Source: Balanoglossus misakiensis
Taxonomy: Eukaryota; Animalia; Hemichordata
DNA length: 64,000 nt
Reading direction: 5' to 3'
Assembly: GCA_040954595.2 (NCBI GenBank)
Contig: CM082590.2
Coordinates: 11,096,555-11,160,554 of the forward strand
The position numbers and the translations under genes are program-made. The notes under the pieces were generated by a model. The model was given only the letters and a program-made list of their open reading frames with translations. It was not told the origin of the DNA and ran no database searches. Of the stretch, positions 27,001 to 35,767 are shown one piece after another. Numbering within the stretch: position 1 is the stretch's first letter; the number at the start of each line of letters is the position of its first letter.

Positions 27001-29879
27001 CCTTGCAGGGTGGTTGTAGCTGATACGTTGAACCACTGCATCAAAGTGTTTGTACAGTGACACCGAAAACATCATAAGATGAAGCAAACTACAACTGTAA
27101 ATCCTAAACATGGCCGACGTTTGACATTTCAACTAGCAGCATTTTCTGTGTAGTTTTCACTGGTGACTTTATATATAGAATGTCAGAATCCAGTCTGTCA
27201 GAAGGTCAATTCCATTGTGAGACAATGATTTTAGTTATTCATAGAAACTTTTAACTTCATTGTACAGTACAATGGTATGTTTTGAATTTGTTTCAAAGTG
27301 TGTGTTTTTTGAGATATATGTTGTTTGGGTTTCAATCTCATTGGAGATGGCTTTTATAAGTTTCTTACTTTCCAATCTGATTCAAATCAGGTTACGGTAG
27401 TGTTGGCTCGATCTGTTATCTTGAACTGATTCTTGGCTGTTCTCTTCTCGGATGTATGCCACTCTAGATGTAGTGTGTGACTGTGGCAGATATCCGAGAA
27501 CAGAACAGCCGAGAATCAGCCAAGGTTAAGATGGGGTCTACCCTACATCTGATTTGAATTAGATTCCTTTAATACTTTCTAGATCCTGTAACTTAGAGTG
27601 TTGATTTGTAACTCGTTTTTTTTTTCAGTCATTTTCTCCCTAAAATATTTTATAATACGCTATTGTGACCCGGATTTTTGTGATTTTCTGATATATATAT
27701 ATACAAAGATAATGCTTAGTTTCTGATAATTCATTGACGGCGGTGTTCACCCAATGACTGTCCAGTATTTGCATAATACTATACGTATTTGCATGCGAAC
27801 TTTGGCCAGGTGTACGGCGCCCTCATGAAGCAAAGAGACACAACCGGTCTCTTTGCTGGCTTGGCCAATGCGAGCAGGTTGGTGATATTTTTCTCTCCCT
27901 TTTGAATCGCCCATGCAAGCGGTAAATCATTGACATCCACCCCTATAATTGAGATATAATGATGTGTTATTGTTTCAAGAACCATCATCTGTAATATTTT
28001 GAAAGAATGTTCAGTGATTTTTGCTGCGAATGTGTGAATATTGGACTCGGAAAGCACGTAGTATTTTCTGTTAAGTATGCTCTGTATATTTTCTTTGGTT
28101 TTGAGCGAATGGGTTTGAATGCCTAATACACAATGCAATGCCGAACGACAACAACCTTACCAAGCCTATAGCGGGGGTCACACTATGGACAGCTATATTA
28201 TGTTTAATTGCTTTAATACTTTCTAGGTCCTGTAACTTAGACTTGTTGATTTGAAAGTGTTTCTGTATTATTTTGGTAGTTTTGGTGGTGTGCATTTAAT
28301 AGTCATTCTTATTTGTAATTTTTTCCTGAAAATGTTTTATAACACTTAATGGACAGCTATATTATGTCTGAAATAAAAATGAATAATAATAATAATAATC
28401 AATTAGTGTGGCATCCATTTATTATTAACTTGATCACAATTAAACATACAGCCACAATCAGAGGTTGTGCATATGCCACGATAATTGCGTACTCATTCAA
28501 AGAGTAGACTGAATGAGTGTATATAACTTGTAGTCTGTTAAGAATGGATAACTGTTTTTGTTAGCTACTTTGTCATACATGTATGCAAGTATCTATGGTA
28601 ACCTTGCGTACAGGTCTGTGTTTTACTGGTGTTAGACTGCCTCCGGAGATACACGGCTGTCTAACACTGTGAACACACAGACCTGTATGCTAGTATCTAT
28701 GGCAACCAGTAGACACTGTGGAGTCCATTATGAAAGCCTTGATGACTTACTTTCAGTTTAGCACAAGCCAATGCAGCTGCCAAATGCTCAGCCTCTGGTT
28801 TCCGTCTTCCATATCCGACAACTTGAAACTGTTCTGGGTACCTCACGGTGAGATGACAAGTCTTCAGATGAGGGTTGTTGTTGGTTCTGTAGGTGAGTCG
28901 ACGTTTCACTTTGTCTGGTATCAATCCTAGTGTGTTGTTCAGGATACTCTTGGGAGTTGGGAATTCTCGAAGGGCTTCGCTGTGCTCTTCTGACAATTCA
29001 AGCTCTGGGAAGAGACAGACATTCAGTCACTTTGGTCCTGGTGATTGAACTGTCATGAATACATAGCATTCCTGTGTGATAGCTCTGTGTGGCATGACTG
29101 TGTGTCTTACAGTGTGGAGGCATCGCCCATAGAGACACACATCCCTGCCACACAGAGCTCCCTGAGTGATGACTGTGGTAGTTTAAAATCAAGCTACACT
29201 CCACACAGAGATCATGACTTCATTTTCACCAGAACTTGGTTGGAATCTGATCAGTATGATACTGGCATTGGACTAGCACAGGTTGTATGGTGCTTGCACC
29301 AGAGATGTACATGAACAACTGGGCTACTGCAAGTCTGCACTGACAAGTTCATCTTGTCAACGACCCGTGCGAGCGGACGATATGACTGACAAGTTTGGGA
29401 GGAAATGTAAAAGCAGTGCACAGTGTTACGAGTGTAGATAAAGTTCAGCAGCTCGAGGTTTTGTTTTTGTTTACGACGGCAAAACCAGATCGTCTAACAC
29501 ACAAACCATCAGGAAAAACCTAGAGCTACTGAACTGCAGATATGCACAGTGTCTTAAAGAGTCCGCTTTTGACCGCGAATCGATCATTAATGCACACATG
29601 TACGTCTGCCAAGACTGTATGCCAGGGTTGGGGAGGAAGGGGGCGGGGCAGCCATAGCTAGACACTATTAGGTAGTCATGGTTACATACCAAGTTCAGCC
29701 CTTTGAGTTTTGTGACCTCTCTTCTTTTTTCTTTTTCCGGTTCGAATGTGATCGCTTCTTCCTGGAAACGACGCTAGGGTCTTTGCAAACGGACGTACAC
29801 TCACACCCCATCGTTCACACGAAAAGAAGTACGTTTGACGAAAACTCTGAAGCACATTTCTTACCATGGGCGCCGCCAT
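15079..29879 (-). CDS. DHX30: ATP-dependent DEAH-box RNA helicase DHX30-like, multi-exon
   Basis: Start [14 protein letters not shown] (Arg-rich, mitochondrial-presequence-like) at 29879. dsRBD-like exon [10 protein letters not shown]...[18 protein letters not shown] (~28751-29005). Helicase motifs [45 protein letters not shown]2 region [16 protein letters not shown]-fold exons [15 protein letters not shown] and [12 protein letters not shown]. Last exon [10 protein letters not shown]...NPKWW* ends at 15079. Confidence 0.9.
24844..27060 (+). CDS. Intronless TRIM-NHL E3 ubiquitin ligase (RING, B-box1, B-box2, coiled coil, filamin, NHL repeats), ~738 aa, nested antisense in DHX30 intron 2
   Basis: ATG in AAAATGG context at 24844. 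C3HC4 [25 protein letters not shown]-boxes CEGC..CVEC..C..C..H and CSVH..YCETC..C..C..H. Filamin motif DNRDGTH..I.GSP. NHL repeats [32 protein letters not shown]. Architecture is TRIM2/3/71-like with a TRIM56-like RING; no single orthologue assignable. Confidence 0.95.
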   Translation: MAAASETKILDEIGEDFLCCTICLEQFRRPKVLPCLHTFCEPCLTTLVKKTRSLICPECRQQYEIPAKGISALKGNFFMANLVEIFKQRFDSGTQKAQEIKCEGCQENTATHRCVECQYYLCKSCVKAHRNLPVSRKHRLLTIEEYATAKSTSPVALQAVEYCSVHTKNEIEFYCETCQVPICSNCTIIEHRIPQHNHRYLKDAADEYLRDLKVMVDKLKVKEQEAEKNKSLAKQVQSDLTEQQKKEERQVRMEAEEIINKVKREEQRLIDELNTIYKLKIKTAAADVDEMELKHGNIKSAVSYMEMLMHHGNAAQLLTTKNDAECRIRQLITMETKPQTHHEEVVFQPGKTFNKLGILGTLITEVNVCISKCTVENIPKQLLKGDSAHLLITTRDSTGKQVIPNQPVKATVRKPGASWEDIKVSDNRDGTHRVTVNGKMDGKYQVAMTIGDRLIPGSPVIIPVIKGLVQTIGSKGSAKGQFNHPRSVAINKDKDIVTADRGNNRLQITTREGRVKKILKFTQFKEPFTPRDITISSDNTHYSLDDNYRQVVVSDENGRVIRCFGKNELIDPYGISISPVNGNVYVTDKGGDCVRIYTQHGKYIRSFGSEGEGKGKFNWPWGIVVGRSGMVFVADYANSRIQVFSPDDKYLYSIDCQNENGHLCLPKGLALENDQYVYVSTKDPYCILKFESRGKFVCRIDSDEDRLDCPTGMALTDDVPCRVVVADTLNHCIKVFVQ
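27374..27565. mobile_element. Palindromic MITE-like element with nested inverted repeats
   Basis: Outer IR AATCTGATTCAAATCAG / CTGATTTGAATTAGATT. Inner 37-bp stem 27426-27462 pairs with 27483-27519 with 4 differences. Confidence 0.7.
27664..28182. mobile_element. 519-bp insertion with TG..CA ends, 8-bp TIR and 4-bp TSD (solo LTR or non-autonomous Ginger-like element)
   Basis: Ends TGTGACCC...GGGTCACA, with CTAT on both sides (27660-27663 and 28183-28186). The adjacent duplicated segment (28211-28367) shows the uninterrupted site. Confidence 0.8.
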
Positions 29880-30058
29880 GTTGACCTTTGAACGGAATCT
29901 TGGGGAAATCCTAAACCAATCACAGCTCTGGGAGTTGGGTGTCACCTGATCAAATTAAATGACCTTTCGTATTTGCCGGGACATTCAGATCTGAGGTCAT
30001 CGAGTGAACCTTCTTTACGATCGCTCCTTGAAGTCACTCTTGATATTCACGTGGCACG
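29880..30058. promoter_or_regulatory. Probable bidirectional promoter for DHX30/RPE, including the RPE non-coding first exon
   Basis: DHX30 ATG lies in a YY1-like AACATGGCGG context. CCAAT near 29916, E-box CACGTG near 30048, strong + strand donor CG|GTAAGT at 30059, and an acceptor near 30822 before the RPE ATG. Confidence 0.55.
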
Positions 30059-30624
30059 GTAAGTTCTGTCATTTCCCAAAGCCCAAAGAGTTTTATGCTT
30101 ATCAGATTTCTGTCAGACGATCGGACGATCAATGATCGAGTAACATGATTCAGCATGATTTCAAGTTTCAGGGGGTGACCTCACGTGTAATATGTCATGC
30201 CGGATGTGGTTTCTATACTTTGGGATGTTGTTCTTATTTTACATGTAAATATCCGTCACATGTACACAAGCCATCTAAGTCTACTCCTTGCATTAAATGG
30301 CCATGCTGGGACTGAGAAAAAATGAATGAAGAAGGCTCAGTCGCGAACCTGGTGATCAATACATGATGGCACCCATTTGCATTTTACATGTAATATGGGG
30401 GTGTCACTATCAGACAACTCTTAGTCACTTTGTTTCATGAAAGCTATTGAGGCGATCACAGTTGCGATAAAACAGTTCCGTTCACAAGAACCTGTGGCGT
30501 TGGCGTCCATGTGTTGCTAGGCGATAGCTGTTAGTGTATCAAAATTTTCTTGTTGCCATGGTGAACTGATGTACTGGTATATTCAAGTGATGTGGATCTC
30601 TGATGGTAGACTCCCTTGTATCTG

Positions 30625-30736
30625 ATTCATTCATTCATTCATTCATTCACTCATTCATTCATTCATTCATTCATTCATTCATTCATTCATTCATTCATTC
30701 ATTCATTCATTCATTCATTCATTCATTCATTCATTC
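30625..30736. repeat. (TCAT)n microsatellite, ~28 units
   Basis: Near-perfect ATTC tandem run. Confidence 0.97.
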
Positions 30737-30859
30737 AAATATGTGTCATTATTTCACAGCCTCAATTAAGCACAATTCTGTTTTCACCAGTAATTGCTAT
30801 TTCAATTCTGACACATTTTCAGGTGAGGGATATCAAACTCAACCGATAACAACATCAAA

Positions 30860-32712
30860 ATGGCAGAGCAAAAATCGCACAAAGAATGCAAAATTGGGCC
30901 ATCAATTCTCAACTCTGATTTGTCCTTGTTGGCATCAGAAGCTCAGAGAATGATGGACGCAGGAGCAGATTATTTGCATCTTGACGTCATGGATGGGTGA
31001 GTGACACCCCTTTCACTGCCATGGTTTAGTCCAAACCTATTGTTTCCTGTGATGAAGTTGGACCTCTAAAGAGTGAAATAGGGGTGGAAGTGTTGAAGCA
31101 GTGTACACATTACACACCTCTTCCAGTTTTAAATACACGTGTTCTCTTTCTTCAGACATTTTGTTCCCAATCTGACATTTGGACATCCTGTCGTTGCTTC
31201 ACTTCGGAAAAAGTCAAGTGCATTTTTCGGTAAGACTGCTTTCTTGCCTGGTGATGAATTATTATTGGACCAATCGATTAAATTATCAGTAAAACTGACT
31301 ATTGAACCAAAATTGTTCATCCAATTGTGTCATTGCATTAAATGTTATATGTGGCTTTTATTTTGCAGATATGCATATGATGGTGGCTAACCCTGACAAG
31401 GTAAAATCACTTTCTTCTTTTTTGTGACTTTATTAGATTTTTCATTATTTCATAGAAATATAAAATAATTAAATAATAAGTTATCTCAGGCAATGATGTA
31501 ATGTTGCGTTTGTCTTTCATTCCAGTGGGTGGAACCTATGGCTAATGCCGGAGCCAATCAGTACACATTCCATGTGGAAGCTACAGAAGATCCCAAACCT
31601 CTTATAAGACACATCCGAGAAGCCGGAATGAAGGTATGAACAGATAAGTTGCATCCCAATTTATCTGTTATGTGCGATGGTGTACATTGTAGCAGTGAAT
31701 CCTTACACCTTCTTTGACTTGCTAGCATCTAGTGTCATATGATGGAACCTATTTTGATTATTCCCACAGGTTGGCATCGGTATCAAACCCAAAACACCAG
31801 TAGATGTTGTGGTTCCTTACATAGAAGATGTAGACATGGTGCTTATAATGACGGTCGAACCGGGATTCGGGGGTCAAACGTTCATGGCTGACATGATGCC
31901 AAAGGTAAGGTTGAACTCCAATCCAAACTCTACAATAGAAACTGAATTATTGGAATGCTGTTTACTTGATGGAACACCAAACTGTTGTTAGGATGTGGTC
32001 CAAGATGTATCTCCAGAATTTCAATGTCTATATCTATCTTTTGTTTGCTAGGTTTGCCACCCCTCAGGCTTGGACAGAACCCTGTACAAGTCTTTACTGA
32101 AGTGACATGCCTTTGATACACGAAACAAAATATTGAAAAAGAAATTGCCTCTGATTATAGTTACTCGGACATGTACTGATTATTTCAATACAATTTTGTC
32201 TCTCTGCAGATACAGTTTCTTAGATCTAAATTCCATGATCTCGATATAGAAGTAGATGGCGGTGTGAACCCAACTACAATAGAACAATGTGCAGAGGTGA
32301 GCATTTCTTGCATTATATCCAATGTTATCCTTTTCAAAGTTATGTTATTTTATTTCACTTTATTTATCAGGAAATTATCCTGCTGGAAACAAGTCCCATT
32401 TAGAGGCTCCGTAAATAAAACAAAAATGATAATGAAATACAACAGACAAGCCAAAATGATGCAATAAGTCTGCTTAACCCTTGAACCACCATGGTTTGGT
32501 CCAAGTCCACTGTTTTCTATGGTAAAGTTGGGAACTGGGGATGAAAGGGTTAAATTGCTGACACTATTTTCTTTGTGATATTTTAACAGGCTGGTGCTAA
32601 CATGATCGTATCAGGAACAGCTGTCGTCGGAAGTGACAACCCGCGACAAGTGATTGAGAGAATGAGGAATCGAGTGGAAGACTGGATCCAGAAATCAAAT
32701 CTGGAACGATAA
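30860..32712 (+). CDS. RPE: Ribulose-phosphate 3-epimerase, multi-exon
   Basis: [31 protein letters not shown]|[11 protein letters not shown]|DMHMMV..|[19 protein letters not shown]..|[19 protein letters not shown]..|..DIEVDGGV..|[16 protein letters not shown] junctions are consistent. Confidence 0.95.
31008..31093 (-). mobile_element. piggyBac-type MITE copy (diverged)
   Basis: CCCTTTCAC..CCATGGTTTAGTCCAAAC..GGACCTCTAAAGAG..GGGGTGGAAG, the reverse complement of the family consensus. Confidence 0.7.
32474..32553 (-). mobile_element. piggyBac-type MITE copy with TTAA on both sides
   Basis: TTAA-CCCTT...GAAAGGG-TTAA. Confidence 0.8.
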
Positions 32713-34505
32713 GAAGAAGGAGATGTCATGTGAACAACATGGAATGTCGTCAGGAACAATAACTTATTCTTTCTTATTGCCTTACAGTGACCTCCACATA
32801 AAGTTCACACGCACAGCAGCCAATCACCACCAAGTTTACATGTATGTTTACAAGATGATACCTGGGTTTAATAAACAATTTTGAAATAAACTGTAGATTC
32901 GAAATGGGTATATTATTGCTTGGTCATCTTACAGACTTCCTCTTATCATTAATAATTCTTCTGGAAGTCCAGGAAAGTCAATGACACTGACCGTTTGCCC
33001 GCTTCCGAATATTTCTTGTGAACTCCACAAAGAATGACCAGTTTGAATTCTTGCAGCTGAAGAACAATAGACCATCTGTAATAAAAACACACACACCAAA
33101 CTCCATTTAATTGTAGGTTTTAAAGCCCCAATACCTATCACCTTTTAAAATACTTCAAACTTCCCCATATCCTTAATCAATCTGTGTGGCGCCCCCTGTA
33201 CATGTACTGTCCCTTGTCAAAAGAATGCATAACCCCTCCAATCACAGTAACTCCACATCAGCCCGTACATTCAGCTTACCTGAATCCCCTTCTCGTTATT
33301 TGAGCACAGTTAAAAATATTTGAAACTGTGTGTGAGTGAAAAAATCGAAAGGACATACTTGGGATTTTGGTATAGGTTTGTGGACCCCCGGATCGCACGC
33401 CTTTGAGCGCCCCCACTGGCCAACTTCATTTTTTCTCTTGTCCACTAAATGACGTCTGCTACCGGAAATGAACCGCAACACTCAGGAACTGACAGCGTTT
33501 TGAGAAGCGAAGTTTGAGAGTGCCAAAAGACATGAATTTTACGGTAAGATATTACATTAGTACGCGGTATTTTGAGTCGAAATGGGTTTGGGATAGAATA
33601 CGGAGGCATTTGCGAGTAAACATAGACATGGCACCGTTATATGTAAATGAGTGTCGTCTGTAAAATGAGTGATGCGTCTGTCGATATCAAAGCTCATCTG
33701 GTTTAGTACAAATCTCTGTGTAGAGTTATTGTGCTCGGCCGAGTTATATTGTCAGACTAGCTCTGCGTGGCAGGGCTGTGTTGTTACGACGAGCCCACAG
33801 CCCTGCCATGCAGAGCTATACTGGTCACAGTGCATCGAGTTACATGTCCCAAAATGGTGTCTTGAAAGTCAAACACCTGTGACTTTCAATTGCTTGTGGG
33901 GTGACAGACGTCATACATGTACTGTTACCCAAATATGTCTAGTCAGTACGTTTTTTAACAAATCCTCACTGAATTTATTGTCTATTCTTGAGGGACTGTG
34001 TCTATGCATAGGTTCGGCTGCTAAATGTAATGGACAATATCTTTATATGTTCATTTTTCATGTGTGTACATTGCAACTTTTCTTATTTCGGGGGCTCCAA
34101 GCCAGTTCTGTACAATTGTGCTATTTATAACCATCCAGCTTTACTCCTAAGACAGTACACACCAGTTATGAAGCAGTACTGTATCACACATTTTACCATG
34201 CACATAGCCACGTGTCATGTTCAATTTTATTGGGAAAATTAGTAATAAAATGTATTTATCATAATTTCCTTTTCATGTCAATTTTTTTACCTGCTTCTTT
34301 CACTGTGTCAAATATGCGCCAGTCACTTTGTTTTTAGCCAATAAGACAGATATACTGCCAAAGCAGAAGTGAGAGCCAGATTTTATCACCCAGCATTTTA
34401 ATTTGATTCAGTGTGATATAGTTGTGTTTCCTTGGCTAGCATAATATGCAGATACATATCGTTCGTGGAGCCATAGTCGTCGACCTAGAATCTGTCAAAT
34501 TTACA

Positions 34506-34595
34506 TAACCTTTCCAACCCCAGTTGCCTTTTTAGAGGTCCAACCTTACCATATAGAAAATGATGGGTTTGGACTGAAACATTGCGGTGAAAGGG
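34506..34595 (+). mobile_element. piggyBac-type MITE copy
   Basis: TAACCTTTCCAACCCCAGTT..AGAGGTCCAACCTTACCAT..GGTTTGGACTGAAAC..GGTGAAAGGG. Confidence 0.75.
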
Positions 34596-35767
34596 GACCA
34601 GACTAAATTTTTGAATTACATGAGACTCTAGGCAGGTCCGTGTAATTTAAACTGTAATGCAAACATAATCAGATATTTCCTTTTACTATAAGCATGTTTG
34701 TCAAATGTTGACCATAGAAACTGAAACAGTAAATTGAATAATTTTTAGAAGCAGAAGTTGCCTTTTTTGAAAATGCTAAATGTCTAAAGATAGAGCTTTA
34801 ATTTAAAAAACTGAATCCTGCAGGTAGACAAATGTATCCAGCACTTAATGTTTTAGAGAACAAACACAGTTGGTAATAAATTATCACTTCAATGAATAAT
34901 AATTGTATAATTTTAATATTTATAACTAAATTAGGAACCATTTTGATTGACAAGCAATGTTCAATAATGCATTTAAGTAAACAAGTTTCACCGTTGCCAG
35001 ACTTCTTCGTCGGAATTCCAGTGGAATGTAAAACTTATCCATGATATATGCTTTATTACCACAACTTAAACAGGAAATTTTTCATGCGTAGTTACTGTTT
35101 CCATGGAAACTAAAAAGTAATTTCCTCAGGGATATGTATATAACTGCTAGTGGGAGAAACATATGGTTGTATGGAATTTAACAATTTTTTAATTTGAGTA
35201 TCCCGCTGTTTTGCCAGGGGATCTGAGCTATTGACGTTGATGACCAGATGAATACAATAGTTTATCATCTTTCTGTTATGTAAATGTATAGATTAATTAT
35301 ACTTCCCTTTTATAGCTCAATTAATTTCAGTTAAGCTCAGAAGTAAAATGAAAAATGGTGATGGGATTAATTAATGTTGTATGTTTCAGAGAGACATATC
35401 CCTTCTTGTGTACGTTTCAAAATGACCCCCAACTCTCAATACTCTAAGATGACCCTTCTACCACATGATTAGTGGTTGTACTGAGAAGTGACTATGGAAA
35501 ATAGATTACCGGTAGCTTAGAACTATAGGTGTGAGATGAAAGTGGTATAAATGAGTGGCTTAAGTTGGTAACACTACAGTTTTGCATATATGAATATGCA
35601 TAGTCTACCGGCATATACACAATGCAGTTACCGTATGAAAACTATTTATGCATATTAGGTATAGAATTATGATTTGAAAAAGGATGAATGTGCCTGACTC
35701 TTAATCTGTGGTGTGTGGCAGCTGGTCAGTATTTATATACAGACCAGTTTCATTCCGGGTTGGGATC

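Noticed and set aside
25362-27132. Minus-strand ORFs inside the TRIM gene
   Set aside because: Antisense shadows of a real CDS; not needed for the DHX30 exon chain.
30603-30953. ORFs with HSFI repeats
   Set aside because: Translation of the (TCAT)n microsatellite.
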